64,000 bases of DNA from Psammoneis japonica (Eukaryota), in contig QPGO01000092.1 in assembly GCA_008632985.1 (NCBI GenBank), forward strand, positions 186,001-250,000, written 5' to 3'. The translations under genes were made by a program, and so were the position numbers. The notes under the pieces were generated by a model. The model worked only from the letters and a program-made list of their open reading frames with translations, had not been told where the DNA came from and made no database searches. This document shows positions 12,094 to 26,390 of this stretch, one piece after another (positions within the stretch are counted from its first letter, which is position 1; each line of letters begins with the position of its first letter).

Positions 12094-12786
12094 TTTGAAG
12101 CGGACGTGGCTGTTTAATTCTGTTACGGTGAGACAAAGCAGACTCATGTTAGCAAGATATGAATTATTCGAGATTCGAGACTGTAGTTCTCGTCCCATCA
12201 TGTTCCTGCTTTAAAAAACTTACAACCTGAGAGGTGCACTGCCCTTATCAAACGATAGCGCTTGGAAGGAAGAATCGTAGAATTTATGTGAAGCGACCAC
12301 CACTTCCAGCAGAAAGCGCAAGACTAGAGCACAACGCGTTTCTTTGTTTGAAGGTGGTACTCATACTGATTTCTGCTTGTTGGTCACGTACTTCGTACCA
12401 CACCGGTCCTGAAGCACGACTGGGTGATTGCGCGGGATCAAGAAGAAGGCGGATGCGTAGTCCAGGTAAAATGGACGGATGGTGCACGGACTGGAGCTCG
12501 CGCGCTCTAATGTTGGCTCTATCTCTATCTACAATGTTCATACAATAGTTCGTGTCGCATCATCCCTGCTATCCCTCATTTTTTTGACTTGAGCGAGCTG
12601 CACATCAAGTTCGCTTCCTCGACAGGTTGAAATTGAACCCGATTGTACTACCACAGGTCTTCAGCTCATGAATTCTCACACTCTAGCAACACCTTGATCC
12701 CGTTCGACCAATAACCTCGATTTGTCATTTGCCACAAGGCCCGGTGGCAGGCAAGGTGGAGGTCAGAAAGTCTGCCCCGAAGAATA

Positions 12787-15700
12787 CTAGATTCTATCGC
12801 AATCCCAAGTACTGGGTGCCGGCTTCAAATTAAAGCCAGATGCCTTTTTCTTCCCTCCGCATGCTTGTTTGAGGATCGCTTTAAAGTGCCTCCATTCTTC
12901 TGCGGTATCTTTTGCCGCGATCTCGACAGATTTTCTCACGAACTCTCGCTTAGAAGAATCGCTCATGCTCGCGGCAAAACGCCCGGCAACTAATTCTCCC
13001 TCGGAAACACCACCAAATCCTGTACCTGCGCAGGATATGGATAATGCGACCATCATTATCCATCTGTACATTGCTGAATCCTTGCCACAAGCGTAGAATA
13101 ATGCAGCGTAGACTTTGGGTATTTCCTCTACCGCCCAGGGTGGAAGCGCTCCTGACGCTGCCCTGAATAAAGTAGCTCCAATTGTTGCAAGTCCTTCGTG
13201 CCCTTCACTGCCAGCGGTGCCACCATATGATTCATCTGAAACCTTTACTCTCCTTTCTACCTCACACGAGACCATCCTCAACATGTCAGGGCCAAGCCAA
13301 AAGGCAAGTTCGACAAAGTGCATCATCGCTAATGCTTGTGGACCATCCAAAGACATCCCCAATCCAGAAACTGCACCTGCGGCTCCGCTTCGTTTAAGTG
13401 ATGGCTGGAGGAGGATGAGGATTGCAGCAACGCATGATTCACATATCAAATTCGCGACTGTGGCATTCTTGAGTATATTGTGAGAGTCAGAAATCACTTG
13501 ATCCGCAGTTCTCAACAGAGCAGTAAGCGATAGGAACCAAGCCTCCGAAAGAGTCGTTCTAGGGTCAATGTAACAGTCATGTGCTGGTTCTGGGCTGTCA
13601 AGCGAAATAACGCTAAGAACTGATTTGCTAGATTCGCCAAGGACAAAAAGCAGATGAGGCAGGAGTTCGAGCGTTCGCACAACCTTAAACATGTCGGGTT
13701 TCATTGACAGAGCTGCATTGTCCAAAATGTCACCAATCACTTTAACAAAGGCTCCAGAAGGGACACAATCTTCACCTATCACAGAATCGTGAAATATATT
13801 GCTAGTTGAGGTCGGACCAGCTGTGCATTGAGCAGCAATTGCTTCGCACTCTGCACGATTCAACACGATCAGAGCTTCAGCAACAACGCGTGACAAGTCG
13901 GGAGACGCAGATGCCCGAACCAACGCCAGCAAGGCACCGCGCAACCGACCCCACTGGAACGAAACGTTATGTGAGACAGCCATACTAATTCAATAATAAT
14001 TGGCGTACAAAAAGAAACGTTCTTAGCTGCCTCACCTGAATCATTACTGGGTTGGGATGTGTGGAAATCGAGAGCTCAGAGTAACCATAAATACCCATTC
14101 GAACCAGAGTACTGAGACAATCACCGCGAGATCCGTCAGAATCGCGATTGTCGCATGATGCAAAAAAGTTCGACAGTATCTCTGGTGAGAAGGACGAAAG
14201 ATCAAAAGTGGCCTCACAGATTCGAAACATGACTTCGTCTGTAATTGGTTGGCTGTTTCCTGTCGTGACAATCGTAGAAACGAACGAAGCGAACATGTCA
14301 CTCAGAATATTGGCAACGTCATCTTTCGTGCTCGAGCATTTTCTCTCAATCATACTCAGGCGAGATATTGTGTTCAAGAGGATCCGACGACTCTTCGGCG
14401 CAACGCCTTTTCCGTGATGCACGAATGGCATTCTCTCGCTCTCTTTGAGATTTTGGTGAAGATCGCAGAGCTCTGATGTAAGTGACCGTCCAAACTGGTC
14501 GTAGAGAGCTATCGCAAGTTCGTCGCTCTCAAATGCCAGCCGCATCAAAGTAAGGCAGCCCACGTGATCCTCGCCGCCTGGGCCTCGCATAGCACCCCGA
14601 ATGTCGTACTGAGATCTATGGAGAATCGACACAGCGGGAAGCTCTGGAATATGATAAATGGATAGGACAGCAGAGTGAATGGAAAGATCGAGAGTTCGCC
14701 GGAGAAGCGAAAGCATCTCCTTGTCATCTTCACTGTGGATTTTGGATCGAGGGGATACAGTGATGGCGATATCGGAGAGTGCTGGTGAAAGGCTGGCAAT
14801 GGCGAGATTGGCAACTCGGCTTACTGGGAGCACCTCGTGAGTTGCAGCTGATGGGGTTAACATTTTCAAGCGCTCGCAGATGGCAGCAAGTAGTCTAAGA
14901 GCAAGCTTCAGAGCAGCTTTCGCCTCCTCTGATCGAAGTCCATGTGCGTAGGCGTGTGCGAGGTAGTTGAGAGGCTTGGCCACAGCCGAGAAGGTATGCA
15001 CGGCTGTTTCTGGAGGAAGAGACTCCTCGGACGTAACAGCATGTGCACAAGAATCCAATATCTTGTGCAATACTTGAATAGAAAGATTCAACGAAGGGAG
15101 GATCGTGTCATTAATGCCGCCTCCTGTGTTGTGACTTGGTTCGCACCCCGCTAGTGTGCGCAAAACCTCTCTTACATCATTTCTCTCGATCTCCAACTCT
15201 TCGTCACTGTCCAACTCAAGGTGTAGGAAGTATCCAGTCGGATAGCCACAAGAAGTCGCCAGCTGCATTGCACACTTCCGCAAGCAAAGAACAAAGCATT
15301 AGTTGCTGCACAAAAGAATAACTAGTTTTTCCAGATACCAAAGCAAAGCGTACCTGATACAAATGATTGACCGCCATTTCTGTAATTGCGTTAGTTGTTG
15401 TAGTTGATTCTTGCTGAGACACCGACCGCATCACTGCCGAATGCAAACTGAATAGGCACTCATACGACAATGCACGCACTGATCGGTTCTTACTACAGCA
15501 AACTGGATAGAAAGCTTCAGTAATACCAGCAAAAATAGCATTGGCGTCCGTCGTCTCCCAGGTTGAAGTAGGATGGCTAACAAGGTGACGAAGACAGGCA
15601 TGGGCACAAGTACACAAACAGCCGACCGGTCCTTCTCCTTGACAATCTGCACTCTCGTCATTGGAAAGCACAGCCATGGCTGCTGCTCTTACCGACTCGA

Positions 15701-17149
15701 ACGAGAGTATCGCTGCATAACACGCCCCTTGACCACAATGATAGAATTCCGCTTGCGCGTCTTCAAGTCTTTTATCCGTTCTGGCACCGTCAAGCCTCTG
15801 TTTTTGTCGCTTTTTCGATTTACTGGATTGTCGCTTTTTGGACGATTGATCCGTAGCAGAAGATGGACCGAGTCCAAGTGAAAAAGCCAAGATTTGATCC
15901 GCCGACATGGTTGCCCTTTCAAAAATCGCAATCAAATAGGCAAATGCTGGAACTTGCGATGGTTCTTGCGAAGCTGAGATACACTGTGCAGCAAGTGGGA
16001 CGGTACGTTGCATAAAGTCCAAAGGGAGTGGCAAAAGCTTGGCCCAGCGCTCACAAGTTGTAAGAAAGTTGTAGTGACACAACGCTCGGACCTCGTCGCT
16101 GATACTACTCTCCAGTGGAGTCATTATCGCCGTGACGGACTCCAACACCATGTATACACCAGTTGTGGGATTTCGCAGCTCGTCATGGGCAGCTTGAATG
16201 CATTTAGGATCTATAGACAACTTTCCTCGAGCCCCGCCCGGACTCCCCAGGATGGTGTCGGGAACGCTAGCCAACGATTGACACAGGGCGAGCAGCAACG
16301 CAAATGCGTTCTGTATGTCCGTTTGATTGTTTGCAGAATCTGTAGATGCTTGGGCCACCTTTGTTAAGGACTGTGTGACAATAGTTACCAATTGCGGAAT
16401 TCCTGGAACAGCCGGAGAGCGGTTGTCATTTCTAGAAACCGACGCGGGTGTGTAACGCAACCGCAATGCAATCGTGGAAAGGCTTGAGCACAAGGTTGAT
16501 AACATTGGCGTGACTTTAGCAATTGATTGATAACCTTTTATAACAGCTGAGTGGGCAACAAAGTAGGAGACTGTCGACAACGTCGTCAACGCTAGTTCTC
16601 CCTTTGTGGAGACTTCCTCGAGACTTGCCGCATCCGAACCACTGTATCGATCATGAGCCATCTGATATAGCAGCGGATTGTAGTCGCGAAGAAACTTAAG
16701 AAATCCAGGCATCCATGTTTGAACCAAACCAACGTGACGATAATAGTCAGCAACATCAGATGCGTTCACATTATGTACATGTTCAATCTCCAAATCAACA
16801 GCATCTGCCAGTTGTACACGCCGCAACCGATGCAAAAGCGTCTGGGCACAAAAGAGTCTCTCTTCTTCGTATGAATCTCCTGACAAAGAAGTGCTAGACA
16901 AGCAAGCCATGTTGATCCACTCTCGAATTCTTCAATGTGATTGGAACCAGGATCGTCGATTCCTCGGTTTTTCTTGTGATCGCGTCGTCGCTGACATTTT
17001 GAATGAATGGTTCGTCGTATATTACGCGACTGAAGATGTATCAAGAAATCATGAGCCATTTGATGTGAAAGTGCGGAGTATTGGGAGGAGAAGGAAGCGA
17101 GTACAGACAAGCCAAAGCCCTCCTCAAGTCTGGAAGCAGCTTTGGGCAT
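12787..17149 (-). CDS. Importin-beta family (transportin-3/importin-13-like) HEAT/ARM protein, multi-exon
   Basis: N-terminal AHDFLIHLQ...WLACLALL...RLFCAQTL pattern resembles IBN_N. Long helical ORFs 15216-16910, 13985-15283 and 12787-13983 end in CGGKKK. Probable frameshift near 16900. Confidence 0.6.
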
Positions 17150-17589
17150 GAATGCGCGTGAGTACCGGTATGTGAATGCTCATGGTTCATCGTGAATAAG
17201 CTACAGATTGATTCTCCTGAAGTGTGAACTTATTGACAAGTCTCCCTGAGAACATAGAAGGTGTGTAGTCTCAAGAAAGAATAGTCGCTGGTGCCGTGTG
17301 CAACTCCCAACGCCGCCATTGCGCTCTCTGTGAAAGTGCGATGAAAAAGCAAAAAGCACAACAAACATTGGAAAAACCATTGGTCGGAGGACGGACGGAA
17401 TCTGACTGGCGAAGCAAGACTGCGATTTGGCGTCGGCCAGACGAATTCAAAAAACATTTGTATATCTTTATACGTATTTTGCAACGATCTTTGATGGATC
17501 TGAGATCAAGATCTTTCAACTTTCAACAAAAGACGCCACACAACAACACAACATGACATCTCACATCATATCTTCAATCTCTTACTATC

Positions 17590-18831
17590 ATGACTAGGAT
17601 AATATCGTTGTTGGCACCAACGCTTTGGCTTTGTGGTTTATTTCTTTCTTCCAGCTCCTTCGTTCCAACGACACATTGTGCTCGTATTGGTGTCGTAAAG
17701 CATGGGAGATGTCGCCGCGACAGCTTCCGTGACACTGCTCTCTTTTTGGACAAGTCGACAGCATCGAAGGATTCGATCCGAGTTGGATTTGTTGGCTGTG
17801 GTACCATTGCTGTTGCCATTGCTACTGGGTTGGCAATTCAAGAGAAAGTACCGGTAGAGTCGATTGCCGTGTCTGAAAGATCCAAAAGCAAATCCAGTAC
17901 ACTACATTCCAAATTTCCAGAGCTGGTAAGGGTTCATAGCGAGAACCAAAATGTCATTGACGAGTCAGACATTGTCTTTGTGTGTGTTCTACCACAACAG
18001 ACCGATGAGGTGTTGAAATCGCTACATTTTGACACTGACCGACACACTCTGGTGTCCCTTGTGGTACGTAAATGTGCGTCGGCGTTCTCTTTGTGTTGAC
18101 TGCGACAAGCAAACAATAGAGTCAACGATTTCTTTCGTTATATTTCTAGTCAACGAGTAAACTTGAAAGTTTAGCTAAGTCGTCAGGATTGCCTGACGAG
18201 CAGGTGTACAAAATGATATGTAAGTTCTACCTGCTCAGCTGAACCGTCGCTATTCATCACTCGATAGTCCTGAACATAATCTTTCTCTTGTCCAACGATA
18301 GGCCTACCATCTGTACAAAGGTTGGAGGGCACTTGTCTCGTTTTGCCCAAACGAGGCAATGCCGAGCTCACGTCCATGTTTGAATCCCTGGGCGGCTGCG
18401 TCGAATGTGAGACGCAAGACGTCATGAATGCCATGATGATCCCAACAGCTCTCATGGGACCCCTTTACGGCTTGTTGGTAAATGCGCGTGACTGGTTGAT
18501 AAAACAAGGCGTGCCACCGGAGGATGCTAGCTACTTTGTCGGCCGGCAGTATTGGGGAATGATGCAAGATGCAATTCGAGATTGTAAGGACCCAGACTAT
18601 TTTGACGAACTTGTCAAAGAGCAGACCCCCGGTGGTCTCAATGAACAGGTGAGTATGAGGTCATGGCGAACATCAATTGTGCCTCATTATCTCTAGAATT
18701 CGAGTCTCATTCTGCTTGTTGCGCAGGCTTTGAACAATTTGAAATCCATGGGGGTGTTTGAAAGATACGATAAAGCCATGGATGCGGTTTTGTCGCGTCT
18801 CGAGGGAAAATCTGATGGTTCTTTACAGTAG
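17590..18831 (+). CDS. proC: Pyrroline-5-carboxylate reductase family protein, probably plastid-targeted
   Basis: Signal peptide plus SSSFVP leader, Rossmann motif RVGFVGCGTIA, SDIVFVCVLPQ and QTPGGLNEQ. Several short introns. TAG at 18829-18831. Confidence 0.85.
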
Positions 18832-19332
18832 ATTTCGCTACTTTATAAGTTGAGGCTAGCCTCATGTTACCATGGGCCATCTCTAGCTCTTCGTTGACGT
18901 GGTGAGTCGTCTTGTTGTGTACTTGTACGCGTTCTTGAAGCCTCACAAAATGGGTGCTTGGCGCGTGAGACGTGAGTCGGCCTTTTGTCAGTCGTGCGTT
19001 GAATCTTGAGAATTTTATCCATCTACAAATAAAAATCAATACTGGCGATCTTGTAAATACAACCGTGTACACAGACATTGGCGTTGAAAATTCAACATCA
19101 TATTCATACTCTTTGACAATCATTCGATATATACACGTCCTCGTAGTTGTAGAATCGTGTGTACACAGGTGGAATGAAATTTCGAGGCATTTTCTTGTGG
19201 ATTTGGGAACGGGTTGGTTTCTTTTCGCAAACACATGCAAAACAACAAGATCGGCCATACTTAGCGTTTGTGGGAAGCCGCCCTGAGAATGCCACGCTAT
19301 TCATAACATTGAGAGTACAAGCAAAATAGAAA

Positions 19333-22300
19333 ATGGGTTGCGGTTCCAGTAGGGACGCGGTCGTCCAAAATCCTCCCAGGAAATCGCCGGAAGGAGTCGA
19401 GGTGACGCTACAAGACTACAAACAACGGGAGCTGTTACTCCCCGAACATGAAAGAAGTGATTGCAACAGGTGCTGTGTGGGATCAAGAAAAGTAGGCATC
19501 AACGATTCAGAGAAAATTCCATCATCGACACGGAGTACTTCATCTGCAAAGTCGAGGAAAGTCTCGTTTCGAGGCATGCTGAAACGTTCACAGTATTCAA
19601 AGCTCAAGAATGAGATCAACGCTGATGTCGTGATGCCCAAGCACAATGGGATTGAGGTTGTTAGATCGTTTGACCTAGAATTCGGGGTCGATGAATATCA
19701 TGCATCCAAGTTTAGAAGAAAGGCTTCGTGTTACGAAGAAATCTTCTGTCCGAACAGAAATACCGTGGGGAAAACACATGCAGATTCTGACTTCGGTTCT
19801 CATCCAAGATCTCGTTGTCTTGAAAGGAAAAATTCTTGGCCCAGAGATGGTCGGCATTATGTGGGAAATAACAATCGGAAGCGGTTGAGGCATTGGAATG
19901 AAAAACGAGCACAGCAATTGCGACCGAGTAAACGAGCGAGGAAGGTCAATGTGAATTTGTCGTTGTTACCCCACGAGGACACTTTAAAATCGCCACCTTT
20001 TCTAACTCGGCTCGATCCGTTCGCATCCATGGAAGTCCTTGTAAGAAAACCAATCAAAATGTCGCTGAAAGCGTGACTTCAATTACGTCGATCACTGACG
20101 ATCCGACCGCATGGAGCACAATTTCTTCAATCGCGATGGAAGACGGGCTTCGAACTCGTCCTGCGACACCATGTAATGAATCGAACAAAAAGTCGACAAA
20201 TGACGGCCTGATGAAGATGCTTCTGGAGTACCAGACGATGCAAATATCAATACCGATTCTCTTGAAAGCGAGAAGACTGCGTGCCAAGAGTCTGCAGATG
20301 AGTCATCAAATGACGTAGATCCCAGACTGAAGGATGATCCCGAGTTTTCCAAATACTTCAAAATGATGAAGGTGGGCATGCCTAAGGAGGTTGCCGCTCA
20401 CGCCATGCAGCGAGACGGTAAGGATCCAGGCATACTTGATCTCGATCCTGAGAAGAGTCTCGTATCGCAACGTGCTGAGTCAAATCAAAGGAAATAACGG
20501 ACGATGGCGGTCCCCCGTTGAAGGAAGATCCCGAGTTTGCCAAATACTTCAAAATGATGAAAGTCGGCATGCCGAAGGAAGTTGCAGCCCATGCCATGCA
20601 ACGAGACGGTAAGGACCCGAGCATACTGAATCTCGATCCCGAGAAGAGTCTCGAATCGCAGCGTGTGGAAAGCAATTCAAAAGCGAGCACGGAAGATGAC
20701 GGGCCACCGTTGAAAGAAGACCCGGAATTCGTCAAATACTTCAAAATGATGAAAGTTGGCATGCCGAAGGAGGTTGCAGCTCACGCCATGCAGCGAGACG
20801 GTAAGGACCCGAGTGTACTTGATCTCGACCCGGATAAGAGTCTTAAATCTCAATTGGGGAAAGCAATTCGAAGGAGTGCAAGGAAGAGGACGGACCCCCG
20901 TTGAAGGATGATCCTGAGTTCTCCAAATACTTTAAAATGATGAGAGTTGGGATGCCGAAGGAGGTTGCAGCTCACGCCATGCAACGAGATGGCAAGGACC
21001 CAACAGTACTTGAGCTCGACCCTGTGAAGAGTTTAAAGTCGCAGCGCGTTGAATGCAATTCCAAGGAGAGCAAGGAAGATGATGGACCTCCGTTGAAAGA
21101 CGATCCTGATTTCATCAAATATTTTAAAATGATGAAAGTTGGCATGCCGAAAGAGGTTGTCGCTCACGCTATGCAACGAGACAGCAGGGATCCGAGCATA
21201 CTTGATCTCGATCATGAGAAGAGCTTTAAGTCGCAGACTGTGCAAGTCAAAAAGGCAGCTCCGAAGGAAGAAAAGAAGAAGGTTCGCCGAAAGAAGATAT
21301 TCTGGACACCCATCTCAGAAGAAAGAATCAATGACAATTCAATATGGTCGATGTGCCGTGGATGCTTCGGAATGGACACTTTGAAGTATGACGCAGAAGA
21401 ATTCAACATGCTGTTTACTGAAACTTCCGATCCTTCAGAAAAGAAGATCGAGTCTAGTGGCAAGATGAAACAGCAGAAAGTGAAAATCCAGCTCATTGAC
21501 GGAAAACGGGGAATGAACGGGGGCATCATTTTGGCTCGCATAAAAATTGAGTACTCGAAGTTGGCACAGATGGTCGACACAATGTAAGATATCACTTTCC
21601 TGCTGTTTCAACTCGTTTCTTTCTATCTATCTTATTGGTGCTCTTCTTTGGTTGTCTTTTGAATTGTAGGGAACCTGGAGAGCTCGACTCGACTCAGTTG
21701 CGCGCTTTAAAGGAATACCTCCCAACGGACGAAGAACGAAATTCTCTCAATGGCTTTTTGACTGGGGGCGGCTCTCCTCGACAGGATGGCTTGAGCGAAT
21801 GTGAAAATACATGATGGAAATGTTAAAGGTGAAGAATCCTGCTGCGAAATTCGACTGCATGCTGTTTCGCAGTCAGTTTACCCCTAGATTGGACGATATC
21901 AAGAATTCGATAGAAATCGTGGACAGGGCTTGTGACGAGGTGAAATCATCTGAGAAGCTACGAGGCATGATGGCAATTATTTTGACTGTGGTCAATCACA
22001 TAAACACAGGGGGGCAGGGCCACGGAAATGTTGCCGCGGGCTTCGGCCTTGATGCATTGCTTAAGCTTCAAGAAGCGAAAGCTTTCGATAGAAAGACTAG
22101 TGTTCTCGAATACCTCGTGAAACTTGTGAAAGAAAACAACGAGTCCCTGCTAGAATTTAAGGATGAAATCGATTCGATCTCTGACGCCAGTACAGTGCAA
22201 CTCGACAGCCTAGAGAATGATTGCACGACTCTTCGTGGTGAACTTTCCGACGTTGAGAAAACCACCACAGAAGAAGCCGATCGCATTCAACAAGAGATAT

Positions 22301-25158
22301 CTGAAGTCGAGCGAGAGAGTTCGAGATTAACTGAAAACATCGGGCTCACGCTTGGTAGCAATTCAGACCATGGTAGGACTCCCATGGAGACTTTCGTCAT
22401 TCTAGCTTCACTTTCAATGGCGGAAACCGAAGCACAGTTGGACGCGCTGAAGGGAAAATATGGCAGTCTCCTGCAATACTTCGGAGAGGATGAGAGCATG
22501 CAGACTACAGACTTTTTTGGGACGATCCATAGATTTGTGTTGGCCTTCAGTGTATCTGTTGAAGAAGTGGGAAGAAGGAGCGAGCAAAGGTAGGTTTTTT
22601 ATATCTCTTTGATTGTTATCACGTCAGAACAGCGCCTCATTTTTTCCCGTGTTTTCTACTGTTAAGCTCAAGGAAAAGTTTAAGTCCGCTGCTCGGAAAG
22701 TAAGCGTTGCAAGAAAGATGGCGAAAAATCATTGGAAGAACAGTCCAAAAATGAACGAGCGAAAAGGGGCGGACACAAAAGATCCAGCTCAGTTACTTGG
22801 ATCGATTGGACAGGTCACGGCTGAGAAAGCTCGGGCCCGTAGTGCCACCAGAAAGGAAGAGGCTTCGATCAGTCGACGTGATATTGCAGCAGCTGCAGCT
22901 CAAGACGCGCTTGGAGCGAAAAAGAATACCCAGGCATCGAGAGAAGCAAGTGGATCTGATGATAATGCCACTGCGGCAGCACAGACTATCGCCGAAAGGT
23001 TCAGTGATAACAGCCAAGAGAGATCTTTCATTGTAGAAACTAAAGTGCAAGATCGACAAGCTGAGAATGCAAACAAGCCAACAACTGTTGTTGATGCAAA
23101 AAGGCCTCCCACAGTTATCCAGAATCCAATCGTCGGTCAGGGCGGAATAGCCGCAGCAGCTGCTGCTGCAGCAGCGGCGCGGCGACTCAAAAATAAGAAT
23201 TGTACAGTGGTTCAAGCGAAATCACTATCAGTTGGGACTTTTGGTGATTCTGTTGTTGTAGATCGAACAAGTGTTGATCCTGTTGATGTTGACGCTGCAA
23301 TGCCAGGCTCATCTTCGAGCTCTGTGAATGGAAAGGTGATATAGCTGCCGCATCGGCCCTCCCTGCAGACAAAAAGGAGGGAGCCATGGTTGCAGCAAAG
23401 TCAATGTCAGTTGGATCCTTTGGTGGCGACACCGTTGTCTTCGATCAGACCAGGGATGCATCCTCTGGTGATAAAATGTCTACTTGTGGAATTCCCTCTA
23501 TCGCGCACGATGGAAAGGCAGCTCCCTTAAGCAATATTGGTATTGCGGCCGCTGCAGCCGCCGCGGCAAGAAGGCGTGTTTCTGCTACTGGTAACTCAGC
23601 GACTGACAAGGTCGGTATTGCCGCTGCAGCAGCTGCCGCAGCTGCTCTTCGATCTAGAGGGAAGCATTCTGTCACAGATGAGGCGGATCTCGCCCATGCG
23701 AATATCGCGCCAGTGCAGCACAAACGTGGTGCTTCTATTGGCGTTGGTATTGCTGCGGCTGCGGCGGCCGCAGCTAGAAGTCGTCACGCCTCTGAGGCAA
23801 GAATGACTGCGAAGCTGGTATTGGTGTCATTGCTGAATCAGCGGCAGCGGCGGCAGCAAAGCGTGCCACTGCGGCAAGGAACCGCGTTAATGTTACTGAA
23901 AACTCAGTGACTGGCAGAGGCGGTATTTTTGCTGCAGCAGCTGCCGCCGCTGCGCTTCGATCTAAAGGGGAACATTCTGTCACTAGTGAGATTGGTGTCG
24001 TCCAGACGAATAGAATTCCCGTTCAGCAGAAGCGTGGTGCTCCTAATGACCTTGGTATTGCTGCGGCGGCGGCGCGGCGGCCGCAGCTAGGAATCGTTGC
24101 GCCTCTTTTGGCAAGAATGGCTCCGTTGATACTGTTTCTGTCACGGACAACTCAGTGACCGGCAGAGGCAGCATTGCCGCCGCAGCAGCTGCTGCCGCCA
24201 ATGCGCGTCGATCTAAAGAAGAGGGCCCTGCCACCACTGACACGGATCTCGCGCAGACAAATAGTACACCAGTGCAACAGAACCGTGGTGCTCCTGCTGA
24301 CGTTGGTATTGCCGCAAGGAATCCTCACGCGTCGGTTGACAAGAAAGACTCCGCACTTGGTGTTGCTGGCATTGCAGAGGCAGGCGAGGCGGTAGCAGCA
24401 AAGCCCAAAGTCGAGAGCGCAGTAGTATGTGCAGAAGAAGCATCCACTCATCAACCTGGAACAAGTGCCGCTTGGGTGGGTAAGAAAGCTTTTGTGACAA
24501 TGGAAGAACCCCTTCGCTCGGAAGAATTGATATTGCTTCGGCTGCTGCTTTTGCTGCTAGGAATCGCCAGTCGTCTACTAACGTGGGCCTCGCAGCTGCG
24601 AAAACGTCACGATCCCAGAAAAGTGTTGAAGTTGCTTCCGCGGCCGCTGAAGAAGCTCGGACTCGTGCCTCTCCCATGGGTGGGATTGCAGCAGCAGCCG
24701 CGGCAGCTGCTGCAATGCGTGTGAGAAAGGCTCAATCCTCTGTCGATCAATCGCAAGGCTCGAAAGAAGACGCAAAAACTTCTGTGGCGGCCGCTGCTGC
24801 TTTGGCTGCTGCGTTGAAGAGGCGCGAGGAAGCTCACGATGTATCAGTTGCAGCAGCGAACAGTCCGTTGCCTTGCATAGATTCTTCCAAAGATGCAGCA
24901 GCTGCTGCTTCCGAGGCTAGGCTTGGCGAAGCCGTTGAAGTGGCCGCGGTTGCTGCCAAGACTGCACCTGATCTCACGCACGAGTCATCAAAAGCAGTTG
25001 CTGCTATGACTGCGGCAGCTCGTCAACAGGAAGCTGCTTCTTTGGCGCAAGCGGCCCTGAAAAATTCGGCGCGCAGAGATCCCGTAAATGCCAAGGCTGC
25101 TGTCGCACCGCAGAACGAAGCCGTGGCGGTAGTTGCGGCTTCTTTGGAGGCTTCGTGA
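19333..25158 (+). CDS. Second formin paralogue: MGCGSS N-terminus, five CCDC53-like repeats, FH2 domain, long poly-Ala repeat tail (frameshifted in this assembly)
   Basis: LKxDPEFxKYFKMMKVGMPKEVAAHAMQRDGKDP at ~20328, 20518, 20710, 20901 and 21092. FH2 motifs RRKKIFWTPI, GFGLDALLKL and DFFGTIHRF. Intron 21584-21669 is at the same position as in the first formin. Linkage of the N- and C-terminal ORFs is inferred. Confidence 0.78.
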
Positions 25159-25687
25159 CCAAAACCGAGCGACTAGTCATTCTCACATACTGAACGTAGA
25201 TCATAGAACCAGAAAGCACATAAATTTTCTAATTTTGCACATCTCGTGTTTGATCGATTATCTTTCCGTCACGTCAGCGCCCATTTTGGTTTCGTCCTAA
25301 AACAGCCGATTGGCAGGGAAGCTTTTCATGGGCGAAACGGAGGCTTGAAGGAAAGGTAGATAACATGTGAAGGAAAGGGAAGTACTGTAAGTCTTAGAAG
25401 ACATTTTTGTGAGGACTGCATGGGTGAGCTCGCTGAAAATGTCGCCAGAAGTCGCTTTGACATGAAAATGCCTGTCGATTATTTGTTGTGATGTTTGATC
25501 TATTAGATTTTGTATGACAATCGAAAGTTTATATATTTTCTTCAGTTTGAAGAAAATTTTTGATAGATTTTGTCCGAAAGAAATGCCGCATTTTCGTTGT
25601 CCATCGTTCACGCGTCTCGCTCAACATCGCCACTTTTCCGCTTTCCGAAATGAAACGATGTTACAAAAGCACCGCTGAAGCACCATT

Positions 25688-26390
25688 ATGGCAGCTGTAT
25701 TGTGTCGAGGAATTGGACAGATTTGTGATGCGATTGCACAAGTGATTTGCTTGCCATGTCGAGCTTGTGGTTTGGCATGCGACGGAGCAAAAGATATTTG
25801 CGCAAGTCCTTTCTTTCCATACTTGGCACTTACGTTTCTGTTGAATCTTCCACCCGTCGTCAAGTCCGCTGGTATCTTAGTGGGCTCTTTTGATGGAGGC
25901 GATGGTTGTGGGGAGGGAATAAAGTGGCTTTTTTTGAATAGTATTGGTGAGTAAAACGCATGTTTCCGCGTTCGCCAAAATTGGTCCCCCACACCTTTTG
26001 TACATCCAGGAGCGTCCTCACCTTTCCCTATGCACCTTCTGGACTATTTTATAGTGTGTATCAGTCACATGTTGGGTGCCATGTATTGTGCACAAGATAC
26101 GTCACGAAGATCCGCAGGCAGAATCCGATTATTTTGCTTCCGGGACGGCCCCCAGCTCCTTTGCTCGGATGAAGGAGGTGCTCTGCGAAGATCCACCAAT
26201 CGCTGTCTATATTTTGGTATGGATTTTCTGGGTCATTTGGCAAACCATTGGAATATCGCGTGTGTTACAACTTGGTGGATACAAGTGCGACGATGTTCAG
26301 GACATGATGGAGCTGTCTCTCCTTTGTGGGTCATTGTACATGTCGTTGGTGTTCATAGCACTTTGTTGTTCCCTGGCGTGTATGAAATAA
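25688..26390 (+). CDS. Small Cys-rich multi-pass membrane protein of unknown function
   Basis: Two ORFs joined by a probable intron (gtgagt at ~25947), with several hydrophobic segments. Confidence 0.55.
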
